Origin: Aggregatilineales bacterium
GTDB taxonomy: Bacteria; Chloroflexota; Anaerolineae; Aggregatilineales; Phototrophicaceae
Direction of reading: 5' to 3'
Length of the DNA stretch: 64,000 nt
Assembly: GCA_963663065.2 (NCBI GenBank)
Contig: OY760098.2
Span: forward strand, 2,504,488 to 2,568,487
Shown here: piece after piece, positions 44,090-53,292 of the stretch
Numbering within the stretch: position 1 is the first letter of the stretch
Layout: every line of letters starts with the position of its first letter
Position numbers and translations under genes: made by a program
The notes under the pieces: generated by a model
Seen by the model: the letters and a program-made list of their open reading frames with translations, nothing else
Databases searched by the model: none
What the model was told of the DNA's origin: nothing

Positions 44090-45334
44090 ATGTCAACTTT
44101 GCATCCACGACTGGCAGCATTGAGCAAAGACGAGGTCAAGCGCTACAGCCGGCACGTCATCATGCCAGAAGTCGGCATGGAAGGGCAGCGCCGCTTGAAA
44201 GCCTCGTCCGTCTTGCTGATTGGCACGGGCGGTTTGGGCAGTCCGCTCGCTTTGTATCTGGCGGCCGCGGGCATCGGTCGCATTGGCTTGGTGGATTATG
44301 ATGTGGTCGATTTCACCAACTTGCAGCGCCAGGTCATCCATGGTGTCAGCACGGTCGGCCGCTCAAAACTGGATAGCGCCGCGGCGCGCATGCTCGATCT
44401 CAATCCCGATATAACAGTCGTCAAATACAATGAGCCGCTCACATCCGAGAATGCCCTGCGCATATTCAGCGAAGATTGGGATATCGTCATTGATGGCACG
44501 GACAATTTCCCCACGCGCTACCTGGTCAACGACGCCTGCGTCAAGCTGGGCATTCCCAACGTTTACGGCAGCATCTTTCGTTTCGAGGGCCAGCTCAGCG
44601 TCTTCTATGGCGAGCGGGGTCCTTGCTATCGCTGCATGTTCCCGGAGCCGCCGCCGCCTGGTCTGGTGCCAAGCTGCGCGGAAGGCGGGGTTTTGGGCAT
44701 CCTGCCGGGCACCATCGGCACCATGCAAGCCACAGAAGCCATCAAGCTGCTGCTGGGCATCGGCGACCCCATGATCGGGCGCATGATGCTCTATGACGCG
44801 CTGGAGATGAGCTTTCATACCATCAAGATTCGCAAAGATCCCCGCTGCCCGGTCTGCGGCATCGCCAAAGATGACATCACGCTAATCGATTATGAGCAGT
44901 TCTGCGGCATGCCGGCGCATGATCACAGCGAGTTCAGCGCCGTCGAGGACAGCGATGACATGCAGATTAAGACGGTCACCGTGCAGGATGTCAAGTCAGC
45001 GCTGGAGAATGGCGATGATGTGCTGGTCATTGACGTTCGCGATCCGCATGAATGGGATATCAGCGCCATTGAAGGTACGCTGCGCATCCCCAAGCCGGAT
45101 ATTCAGCTGGCGAAGAATGGCATTCAAGCGGGCCGCAAGCTCTGGGAAGAGACCGTGCTCACCGAGATCCCCAAGGACCGGACGCTCTATGTGCATTGCC
45201 GCAGTGGCAAGCGCAGCGCGGACAGCATCGCCTATTTGTCGGAAATCGGCTATGACCTGGACAAGATGTACAATGTCGAGGGTGGCATTCTGGCTTGGGC
45301 GGACGAGATTGACCCAGCGATGGCGAAGTATTAG
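44090..45334 (+). CDS. MoeB/ThiF-type adenylyltransferase fused to a rhodanese domain (MoeZ-like E1)
   Basis: ATG at 44090 follows an AAGGGAG RBS. Motifs: GTGGLGSP nucleotide loop, CYRC...CPVC zinc site, SCAEGGVLG, and C-terminal rhodanese HCRSGKRS. Confidence 0.88.
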   Translation: MSTLHPRLAALSKDEVKRYSRHVIMPEVGMEGQRRLKASSVLLIGTGGLGSPLALYLAAAGIGRIGLVDYDVVDFTNLQRQVIHGVSTVGRSKLDSAAARMLDLNPDITVVKYNEPLTSENALRIFSEDWDIVIDGTDNFPTRYLVNDACVKLGIPNVYGSIFRFEGQLSVFYGERGPCYRCMFPEPPPPGLVPSCAEGGVLGILPGTIGTMQATEAIKLLLGIGDPMIGRMMLYDALEMSFHTIKIRKDPRCPVCGIAKDDITLIDYEQFCGMPAHDHSEFSAVEDSDDMQIKTVTVQDVKSALENGDDVLVIDVRDPHEWDISAIEGTLRIPKPDIQLAKNGIQAGRKLWEETVLTEIPKDRTLYVHCRSGKRSADSIAYLSEIGYDLDKMYNVEGGILAWADEIDPAMAKY

Positions 45335-45420
45335 CGTTTCCTGCAAAATCACGGCCGCAAGAATGCGCTGAGGTTTGGCGATATTGGAACGTGTCTGCAA
45401 GAAATACGAATAGTAACGGC

Positions 45421-45441
45421 GGGTCAGCCTAAGACTGACCC
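45421..45441. terminator. Hairpin between convergent genes (possible bidirectional terminator)
   Basis: GGGTCAG, 7-nt loop, CTGACCC. There is no clear T-run on either side. Confidence 0.3.
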
Positions 45442-45486
45442 CTTCATGCGCGCTAGTTCCAAGTCTCCCGCTTCCGCAAATTAGAT

Positions 45487-46533
45487 CTACCCCGCCATCA
45501 GCTTTTGCATCAGCCCGTCCAGCGCCGCCTTGGAAGGCCGCAGTTGCTCCGCGCCCAACCGAGCCAGCGGAGTCGACACCAGCTCTTCCGTTTCGGCCAA
45601 GGTCGGGCGCGGCTCTTCATAGTAGATCAAACCAGTCGAGAAGATCTGCTCGCGCATGGAACGTTCCAGCACGTCCATAGCCATGCGCCGGTTGCGCGGG
45701 TCGTGGTCATTATCCAGCTTCTTGAGGCGGATATAACTGCCATCGTGCATTTCGACATCGATGATATCGCCCGCTTCATAATCGTCGATCTCGATCTCTT
45801 CTTTGGCATCCACATAATCCGGCGCCAGGATCTGAATCTCGTGCAGAGGGATCTCGTGATCGCGGCCGTAGGGATAACTCTTGGTCGATGTCTCGGCGTT
45901 GTTGAAGGTCACGCAGGGGCTGATAATGTCGAGCACCGCTGTGCCATTGTGGCGGACAGCCGCTTGCAGCAGAGCCTGGACCTGCTTGGCATCGCCACTG
46001 AAGCTGCGCGCCACGAAGGTTGCGCCGGCGATGACCGCTTCCAGAGCCAGATCAATCGGCGGCATGTGGTTCGTGCCATAATATTTGAGGAACTGCCCCT
46101 CATCGGCGGTGGCGGAGAATTGGCCTTTGGTCAAGCCATAGACGCCATTGTTCTCGATGATGTAGACAAAAGGCACGTTGCGGCGGATGACATGCTTGAA
46201 TTGCCCCATGCCAATGGAGCCGCTGTCGCCATCGCCGCTGACCGCGATGCAATCCAGATCGGTATTGGCCAGCAGCGCGCCGGTGACCACAGAAGGCATG
46301 CGCCCGTGCAGCGCGTTGAAGCCATGCGAGCCGCCCAGGAAATAGGCCGGCGTCTTGCTCGAGCAGCCTATGCCGCTGACTTTGATGATCTTGTGCTGCT
46401 CCAAGCCCAGTTCATAAGCCATGCTGATGAGCTGGTTCGAGATGGAATCATGCCCGCAGCCGGGGCAGAGCGTGCTGGGTTTGCCTTTGTATACGTTGCG
46501 GCTCAAGCCCAGATGATTAGTCCGTGGTGGCAT
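45487..46533 (-). CDS. korB: 2-oxoacid:ferredoxin oxidoreductase beta subunit (TPP-binding)
   Basis: 348 aa. CPGCGH near the N-terminus and GDGDSGSIGMGQF in the TPP-binding region. Confidence 0.85.
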   Translation of the reverse strand: MPPRTNHLGLSRNVYKGKPSTLCPGCGHDSISNQLISMAYELGLEQHKIIKVSGIGCSSKTPAYFLGGSHGFNALHGRMPSVVTGALLANTDLDCIAVSGDGDSGSIGMGQFKHVIRRNVPFVYIIENNGVYGLTKGQFSATADEGQFLKYYGTNHMPPIDLALEAVIAGATFVARSFSGDAKQVQALLQAAVRHNGTAVLDIISPCVTFNNAETSTKSYPYGRDHEIPLHEIQILAPDYVDAKEEIEIDDYEAGDIIDVEMHDGSYIRLKKLDNDHDPRNRRMAMDVLERSMREQIFSTGLIYYEEPRPTLAETEELVSTPLARLGAEQLRPSKAALDGLMQKLMAG

Positions 46534-46535
46534 CG

Positions 46536-48368
46536 TTAGCCCTCCTGTTCTTTCAGGTTCTCATAGATCCAAGTGGGCGTCATTGGCAAGCCATCGCCAA
46601 GCGCCAGCGACCTGACATGCGAGATATTTTCAGGATGTTCCAGGCGGATCAGCTGCGTCAGCTGGCCGTCGAAGTTGTTCTCGATGACGAAGACGCTTTT
46701 GTGGGCGTCGATGAAGTCCGAGACAGCCGGCGCCATTGGCAGAGCGCGCAGACGCAGATAATTCGTCTTGATGCCATCGTTCGCCAGCCAATCACGGGCT
46801 TCGCGGATGGCTTCGTCGTTGGTGCCAAAGCTGATGATGCCAATATCGGCGCCATCTCCGGCATCAATCACAGGCTGGGGCAGCAGAGCGCGGGCTGTAT
46901 CCATCTTGATGCGCAAGCGCGCCATATTCTCGATCCAGTCGTCGCTGCGTTCGCTGTACGCGGCGAATTCATCGTGGCCCGTGCCGCGCGTGAAATAGCC
47001 GGCGAAGCGGTGATCAGTGCCTGGCACCGTGCGATAGGGGATGCCATCGCCATCGACATCCAGATAACGCCCCCACTTGCCATGCTCGTCGATGAACTCC
47101 TGCAGGTCGGCGGCGTTGAGGACTTTGCCGCGGTTGATGGGCTGGTCGGGATACTCAAAGGGGTCGGAGAGCCAGTTGTTCATGCCCAGGTCGAGATCGC
47201 TGATGACGAAGACCGGCGTTTGAAGCTGCTCCGCGATGTCGAATGACTTCCAGCCGAACTCAAAAGCCTCCTGCAAGTTGCCGGGCATCAGGCAGATCTG
47301 TCTTCCATCGCCATGGCCCAGAAAATGCGTGAAGAGCAGGTCGCCCTGGCTGGTGCGCGTCGGCAGGCCTGTGCTGGGTCCCATGCGCGTGATATTCCAG
47401 AAGACGGCTGGGATCTCGGCGAAGTACGCCAAGCCGGCGAACTCAGCCATCAAGCTGATGCCGGGACCGCTGGTGCTGGTCAGCGAGCGCGCGCCCGCCC
47501 AGCCAGCGCCGACGACAATGCCAGCCGCCGCCAGTTCATCTTCGGCTTGCACTATGGCGATGGTGTTTTCGCCCTTGTCATTTTGGCGCAACCCGCGATA
47601 GCCAATGACGCCATCCACGAAGCTGGTCGAAGGCGTGATGGGATACCAGGCGACCACGTTGACGCCGCCGAAGACCGCGCCCAATGCGCCCGCTTCATTG
47701 CCCGTCATAATGATCTTGCCATGCGTGCCGTCCATGTTTTCGAATCGGTAGGGATCGGTCTTGACGATATTGTCGGCTGTCCAGTGATAAGCCAGCTCGA
47801 CGATGTCCTGGTTCATCCGCGCCGGTTTCTCGCGCCCTTTGAAGTTGTCCAACAGCACCTGATAGATGAGATCCAGCGAGATATCGAAGAGCTGAGCCAC
47901 CGCGCCGACGTAGGTCATATTCTCGACCAGCTTGCGAAAAGCCGAGGGCACCTTGGTCTGGCGCATCAGCTTGGTGACCGGTATCTCATAATAGGATATG
48001 TCATCGCGCTGTTTGATGACCCGGGCGATCTTGTCCGTGGTGATGCAGACGCCGCCGGCTGGCAGGTTGGAGACGTCTTCGGTGGCTGTGGCGTCGTTAT
48101 AAGCCACAACGACTTCGGTCACCGCCTTGCGCGCCGTGTAGCCGTCTTTGCTGGCGCGGATGGTATACCAGGTCGGCAAGCCCTTGATGTTGGAGGGGAA
48201 GAGATTTTTGCCATTGACCGGGATGCCCATGCGGAACAGGGACATCACCAGCACGTTGTTGGAAGTCTGGCTGCCGGAGCCATTCTTGGTGGCCACGCTA
48301 AAGGCAAAGTCGTTGATGACCGGCTCGCGCTGGCTGATTCTGGGTTGAATTTGCTCATTGATTGCCAT
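46536..48368 (-). CDS. korA: 2-oxoacid:ferredoxin oxidoreductase alpha subunit (fused gamma/alpha)
   Basis: 610 aa. KNGSGSQTSNNVL in the N-terminal gamma-like part and ITPSTS / TSGPGISLM in the alpha part. Confidence 0.85.
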   Translation of the reverse strand: MAINEQIQPRISQREPVINDFAFSVATKNGSGSQTSNNVLVMSLFRMGIPVNGKNLFPSNIKGLPTWYTIRASKDGYTARKAVTEVVVAYNDATATEDVSNLPAGGVCITTDKIARVIKQRDDISYYEIPVTKLMRQTKVPSAFRKLVENMTYVGAVAQLFDISLDLIYQVLLDNFKGREKPARMNQDIVELAYHWTADNIVKTDPYRFENMDGTHGKIIMTGNEAGALGAVFGGVNVVAWYPITPSTSFVDGVIGYRGLRQNDKGENTIAIVQAEDELAAAGIVVGAGWAGARSLTSTSGPGISLMAEFAGLAYFAEIPAVFWNITRMGPSTGLPTRTSQGDLLFTHFLGHGDGRQICLMPGNLQEAFEFGWKSFDIAEQLQTPVFVISDLDLGMNNWLSDPFEYPDQPINRGKVLNAADLQEFIDEHGKWGRYLDVDGDGIPYRTVPGTDHRFAGYFTRGTGHDEFAAYSERSDDWIENMARLRIKMDTARALLPQPVIDAGDGADIGIISFGTNDEAIREARDWLANDGIKTNYLRLRALPMAPAVSDFIDAHKSVFVIENNFDGQLTQLIRLEHPENISHVRSLALGDGLPMTPTWIYENLKEQEG

Positions 48369-48436
48369 GGGGTTCTACGCCGTACCGCGCGTACTTCTCC
48401 TTTCACAGGGGTTGAACGTGGTTTTGATAGGGGCGT

Positions 48437-49135
48437 TCATGCGCCCGCTTCCATTTCCCATGATGCGCTGTCCTTTTCGTAACGCAGCAAACTGGTGTGC
48501 TCGAGGAAAGCCTGGCGCGCGCCATCAAAGTCGCCATTGCGGATCAGGCGCAGTATCCGCGAATGATAATCCCAGACTTTGCGCAGATAGCTGTAATCCT
48601 CATAGCGATTGACGCCGACCTCTTCGTAGAGATCCCAATAGGCTTCCAGGATGCCCAGCACAAACTTGTTATCCAAATGCGTGAAGACTCGCAGGTGAAA
48701 GCGGCGATGCTCCGGGTTGGGGATATGAATAGGCCGGGAATCCAGCTTTTTATAGGCGCTATCCAGGCAATCTTGCATAAAGCGCAAATCCGCTTCGGTC
48801 AGCTGGGCGCAGGCTTCACTCCAATAGGCGGCTTCGACGTGATTGCGCAGCGACGCAAATGCCTCGAATTGTTCGCCGCAAGCCAAGGCATAAAGCGCGC
48901 TCAAACGCACGGCCGGCGTGAAGGCGTATTCTTTGATGCGCGTGCCGCGTTTGGAGCGCACCTCGACCCAGCCCATCGTCCGCGCCACCTCAAGCTGTTC
49001 GCGCACCTTGTTGGCGCTCATATCCAGATGGGCATCATCGGTCAACTCTTGAATGGAGGGCAGGCGATCGCCCGGCTGGTAGCCGCGCCGGATGATGAAG
49101 TTGAGAAAGTCGGAGCCGAGGTTGATGTCTGTCAT
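48437..49135 (-). CDS. GntR/FadR-family transcriptional regulator
   Basis: Winged-HTH sequence GDRLPSIQELTDDAHLDMSANKVREQLEVARTMGWVEVRSKRGTRI followed by an FCD-like helical C-domain. ATG at 49135 is preferred over TTG at 49156. Confidence 0.8.
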   Translation of the reverse strand: MTDINLGSDFLNFIIRRGYQPGDRLPSIQELTDDAHLDMSANKVREQLEVARTMGWVEVRSKRGTRIKEYAFTPAVRLSALYALACGEQFEAFASLRNHVEAAYWSEACAQLTEADLRFMQDCLDSAYKKLDSRPIHIPNPEHRRFHLRVFTHLDNKFVLGILEAYWDLYEEVGVNRYEDYSYLRKVWDYHSRILRLIRNGDFDGARQAFLEHTSLLRYEKDSASWEMEAGA

Positions 49136-49180
49136 TCGTAGGATGAATGCTATCAATTGACTGATGCAATCAATTCTATC

Positions 49181-49239
49181 ATTGTCTATTGCGCCTGTCC
49201 ATAGGCGACAGGGACAATTTGCGCTTTTCTTACAATTGT
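49181..49239. promoter_or_regulatory. Cluster of GT..AC half-site palindromes upstream of the GntR gene (possible operator)
   Basis: ATTGTC (49181-49186), CCTGTC/GACAGG inverted repeat (49194-49199 / 49207-49212), GACAAT (49213-49218) and the palindrome ACAATTGT (49232-49239). Confidence 0.3.
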
Positions 49240-49273
49240 GAGGACAAGCGGGGAGTATCGCCAGCGGCAGATC

Positions 49274-50440
49274 TCAGGACCGCAGGGCGCGCATCCGCTC
49301 AGCTGCCCGTTCCAGCGTTTCATCGCTCTTGCAGAAGGCGAAGCGCACATGATTCTCCGCATGATGCCGGTGCCTGGCGCTGAAGAACGCCGAGGGCGGG
49401 ATGGTGGCCACGCCGATGGTCTCGATGCAATGCCGGCAGAACTCGACATCGTTCCCATCAAAGACATCGGAAAAATCGCCCATAATGAAATAGGTGCCTT
49501 CGGGCTGGATGGCCGACATGCCAGCCGCCTCAATAACCTGCATGACCAAGTCGCGCTTATGCGAATACAGCGCCTGATATTCTTCGTAGTAGCCGCTGCC
49601 CAGCGTGAAGGCGTAAGCCACGGCCGCCTGCGTCGGATGGTTGGTGGCGAAGGTGATGAATTGATGCGAGCGCCAAACGCCGGTGATCAGTTCGGGCGGT
49701 CCATATACCCAGCCGATCTTCCAGCCGGTCATGCCAAAGGTTTTTCCCGCGCTGCCTATCGTCACCGTCCGCTCGAACATGCCTGGCAGCGATGCGATGG
49801 CCACATGCTGATGCCCCTCGAAATAAAGATGCTCATAGACCTCGTCCGATATCACAATCACATCGTGCCGGATGCAAAGCTCGGCGATCAGTTTGAGTTC
49901 TGCACGGGTGTAGACGCGGCCCGAAGGGTTGTTGGGCGTATTGAGGATGATGGCGCGGGTGCTGTCATTGAAGGCGGCGCGCAGCTCAGCTTCTTGGAAC
50001 GTCCAATTGGGCGGGTGCATGGGCACGTAGACCGGTGTGCCGCCCGCCATTTGCACGCCCGGCACATAGCTGTCGTAATAGGGTTCGATGACGATGACCT
50101 GGTCGCCGGGGTCCACCAAGCCCATGATGGCGCTGTAGACGCCTTGCGTGGCGCCGGCGGTGATGATGACGCCCCGCTCGGGATCGACATCCATGCCATA
50201 AAAGACGCCGGCGTGGCGGGCGACGCCTTCGCGCAGGGCGGGCAGGCCCGGGCTGGGCGCGTATTGGTTGGCGCTGTCGCTGCGCAAAGCGGAGACGGCC
50301 GCATCAATGATCTCTTGGGGACCATCGAAGTCGGGTTTGCCTTGACCCAGGTTGACGGCGCTGTGCTGTGCCGCCAGCTGGTTGATCTCGGTGAAGATGG
50401 TCGTGCCGAATGGCGCTACCCGTTTTGCGTATGTTGGCAT
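49274..50440 (-). CDS. Class I/II PLP aminotransferase (YbdL / kynurenine-oxoglutarate type)
   Basis: 388 aa. Motifs NLGQGKPDF, NPSGRV and SAGKTFGMTGWKIGW (PLP-Lys). Confidence 0.85.
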   Translation of the reverse strand: MPTYAKRVAPFGTTIFTEINQLAAQHSAVNLGQGKPDFDGPQEIIDAAVSALRSDSANQYAPSPGLPALREGVARHAGVFYGMDVDPERGVIITAGATQGVYSAIMGLVDPGDQVIVIEPYYDSYVPGVQMAGGTPVYVPMHPPNWTFQEAELRAAFNDSTRAIILNTPNNPSGRVYTRAELKLIAELCIRHDVIVISDEVYEHLYFEGHQHVAIASLPGMFERTVTIGSAGKTFGMTGWKIGWVYGPPELITGVWRSHQFITFATNHPTQAAVAYAFTLGSGYYEEYQALYSHKRDLVMQVIEAAGMSAIQPEGTYFIMGDFSDVFDGNDVEFCRHCIETIGVATIPPSAFFSARHRHHAENHVRFAFCKSDETLERAAERMRALRS

Positions 50441-50498
50441 GGGCTGATTCCTGCTTTCTGTCGAAATTCCCGCGCTGACTATATCACAGCCAAGCGTG

Positions 50499-51386
50499 TC
50501 AAGCGCCAGTCAAACGCTCAGACGCTAAAGCCTTGCCGCGCTGAAACCAGGGGCATTCGGCTCGGTTCTTCACAAACACAAACTGCGCCTGACGTCCTTG
50601 CGCAAGGTCGCGAAGGGCCAGCCAACGCGCTTTGTTTTTGACCGGCTGGCCGCCTTTGACCCGCCAATTCCGCTTGACCCAGCCAGCCAGCCACTCGTTC
50701 ATGCCCTTGGCCAGGTATTCCTGCGCGGTGAATATCGCTACCGATTGTCTGCTTGGCAAAGTTTTCAGAGTCTCGATGGCGGCGATGAGAACGGCTTCCG
50801 GCTCGCGCGTATCAACCAGCTTGCCGCTCAATTCCGCGCTGCGGCTGTCGTGAAGCACTATAGCTGACCAGGCGCTTGCTTTGGCTTTGCCCGAGTATTG
50901 CGTGGACAGGTAAACTTCATAGGCGGCCAGGATTGCTGGAACTGCTTCTTCGTCAGCATGGCCGCTACTTCGCGCCAGTTTTAGCTTCTCGGCGACGGCC
51001 AGCCTGTCGCAACGTTCATTGAGCTCGTCGCCCGAATGCCCGGCGACATAGCTCCAGCTGATGGCATGCTTATGCGCTTCAGCGCGAAACTCTTGCCATA
51101 GCGCTTTGTTGCGGGTTGGCTTTTTCTTGCCTGAGGCGATGTCCAGGACATAGCGCGAATCCGTCAGGAGTGTCGCCTTCGCTGGCTCGCTCAAGGTTCT
51201 CAAGCCCTCAATCACCGCGCGCAACTCCATGCGATTGTTGGTTGTTTGCTCTTCGCCGCCGCTGATCACGGATTCCTTGAGCAGTTTGCCATTTTCATCA
51301 GTCGCGCGCAATATAGCCGCCCAGCCGCCGGGCCGGTTCTCCGCGTGAATATCGCATGCGCCATCGGTGTAGATTGTGATTTGCAT
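50499..51386 (-). CDS. rnhA: Ribonuclease HI fused to a second, degenerate RNase H-like domain
   Basis: ATG at 51386. Domain 1 has IYTDGAC, TNNRMEL, LTDSRY and HSGDELNERCDRLA, i.e. the full catalytic set. Domain 2 aligns by eye (YLSTQYSG, EPEAVLIAAIE, FTAQEY, WVKRNWRVKGGQPVKN) but lacks the acidic residues. Confidence 0.8.
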   Translation of the reverse strand: MQITIYTDGACDIHAENRPGGWAAILRATDENGKLLKESVISGGEEQTTNNRMELRAVIEGLRTLSEPAKATLLTDSRYVLDIASGKKKPTRNKALWQEFRAEAHKHAISWSYVAGHSGDELNERCDRLAVAEKLKLARSSGHADEEAVPAILAAYEVYLSTQYSGKAKASAWSAIVLHDSRSAELSGKLVDTREPEAVLIAAIETLKTLPSRQSVAIFTAQEYLAKGMNEWLAGWVKRNWRVKGGQPVKNKARWLALRDLAQGRQAQFVFVKNRAECPWFQRGKALASERLTGA

Positions 51387-51460
51387 TGCATCAGCCACTT
51401 GAATTATGATTGTGTCGCAGTCTAGCACAGGCGAATCGAGAAGCGACAGGGTTGCCCGCG

Positions 51461-51895
51461 ATGGCTGAAGAGGCCGACCTGCAAAAGATGCGCTATGACG
51501 CGCTGCTCAAGATAACGAGGACGATGGGCGGGGCGGCTTTGTCCGGCGCTGTGCCGACGCCGACGCTGGAATTGGCCAAGCAATTGGGCATTTCCATCGC
51601 CGACGCCTGGATGTGCTTTGATATTTACCGCACCTATTTTGGCAAAGATCTGACCAAGCAAGACCTGGCGCGGATGTTCCAGACCACCGGCATCATCGTG
51701 CTTGGAGGAGGAATCGCCGGTTATGTGGGCATCCGCCTGGCTCAAGCCATCCTTTCGGAGATTCTTGAGCAGCTGCCTATCGCCAATTCCATCATCACCG
51801 GCATCGCATTCGGCAGTTCGACCTTCATCGTGGGCTTGGCTTGGCTGGCCATTGTTGAGCAGAATTATTTCTTGCGGGATGCCGAGCCCTCCTAA
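51461..51895 (+). CDS. Hypothetical membrane-associated protein (possibly DUF697-like)
   Basis: ATG at 51461. It has Gly/Ala-rich hydrophobic segments (GIIVLGGGIAGYVGI, ITGIAFGSSTFIVGLAWL) and no catalytic motif. Confidence 0.5.
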   Translation: MAEEADLQKMRYDALLKITRTMGGAALSGAVPTPTLELAKQLGISIADAWMCFDIYRTYFGKDLTKQDLARMFQTTGIIVLGGGIAGYVGIRLAQAILSEILEQLPIANSIITGIAFGSSTFIVGLAWLAIVEQNYFLRDAEPS

Positions 51896-53202
51896 GCGCG
51901 CTGCAAAGCCATCTGCCGCATCGTCAGCGCGCGCACCAGAGCCAGCAGCAGCAATGCCAGCAAGCCGCCGCCAGCGCTGACAAAGAGGAAGCCGCCCAGG
52001 CTGAACAGGAAGCCGGAGCTCAGCGTGCCCAGCCCGGCGAAAAAAGCCACCAGCATATCGTTGAAGCCGGCCACCCGCGTGCGATCCGCGCCGCTCAGCG
52101 CATCAGCCAGCATCGACGAACCCGCCACATAACCGAAGTTCCAGCCCAAGCCCAGCAGGAAGAGCCCGGCCACCAGATAGGGCAGCTGCGTGGAAAGAGG
52201 CGCAATGATGGTCGAGGCGATAAGAATCAGGGCGGCGACTATCATCATCGTCACCCGGCCGTAGCGGTCAATCAGGTAGCCCGTAAGCGGCGACAAGCCA
52301 AACATGCCCAGGACATGCGCGCCGATCACCAGCGAAACCTGGGCGTTGGAATGGTCAGCCAGGTGCATGTGCCAGGGCGTGATGGTCATCAAGGTGCTCA
52401 TCACCGTCTGGCTTATCAGCATCGACAGGATAGCCAGCTGCACATTGGGCAGGCGCAGCAATGCCGAGAGTTTGTGCGCGTTATCAGCCCGTTTGTCGCT
52501 CGCGCGCAATTCCGAATATTGCTCAGCCACCAGGGCCGGTTCGGGCCGCAGCAGAAAGAAGGTGATCAGAAAAGAAATCGCGTACATGAATGAGGCGACC
52601 ACCCAGGGTCCGGTCGTCAATTCGCCGGCCGCGCCGGCCCTCGGCAAGACCGACTGGATGAATTGCGTCTGCGCCAGAGCGGGACCCGCGACGATCTCCA
52701 GCGAGAGCAAACGCGCAAGCTGACTGCTGGGCTCGACAAGAGCGGGACCGAAGATCGCGCCAATCGTGCCAGCGAAGACCACGCGGCCGATCATCTGCGC
52801 GCGCTTGTCGACCGGGAACATCTCGCCGACCACGAAGCGGCTCATCTGCGAGCCCGAGCGCGCCATGCCCATGACCGCCGAACTGATCAGCAGCAGCGCG
52901 AACATGCCATTGAGCACGGCGTATGTGCCGAGAATCGCGCCCAGCAAACCCAAGCCATAAGCCGCGCACAAGCCGTTGCGGCGGCCAAAGCGCCCCATGA
53001 TCAGCCCCATGAAGTAAGCCATGAAGGAATGCGAGAAGGTGACCATGGTGGTTGGCAATCCAGCAGCCGCGTCCGACCCGCCCAGGATGCCTGCGGCGAT
53101 GGAATGCAGAGTAATGATGGAGATCTGGGCTGCCGAGAACAAACTCTGCGCCACGAAAATCGTGACCAGCAGACGATGGCTCACCCTTAGGGGATATTTC
53201 AT
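51892..53202 (-). CDS. MFS transporter
   Basis: 436 aa with about 12 TM helices and the loop motif GRFGRRNG between TM2 and TM3. Confidence 0.85.
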   Translation of the reverse strand: MKYPLRVSHRLLVTIFVAQSLFSAAQISIITLHSIAAGILGGSDAAAGLPTTMVTFSHSFMAYFMGLIMGRFGRRNGLCAAYGLGLLGAILGTYAVLNGMFALLLISSAVMGMARSGSQMSRFVVGEMFPVDKRAQMIGRVVFAGTIGAIFGPALVEPSSQLARLLSLEIVAGPALAQTQFIQSVLPRAGAAGELTTGPWVVASFMYAISFLITFFLLRPEPALVAEQYSELRASDKRADNAHKLSALLRLPNVQLAILSMLISQTVMSTLMTITPWHMHLADHSNAQVSLVIGAHVLGMFGLSPLTGYLIDRYGRVTMMIVAALILIASTIIAPLSTQLPYLVAGLFLLGLGWNFGYVAGSSMLADALSGADRTRVAGFNDMLVAFFAGLGTLSSGFLFSLGGFLFVSAGGGLLALLLLALVRALTMRQMALQRA

Positions 53203-53292
53203 GCGCGCTCCCGACCGCCGGCAACGGAATCAGATGGTTCCGCCGGGCTCATGGCTGTCGAGCAGGCAAGTTGATTGCGTTCGGACACAGCG

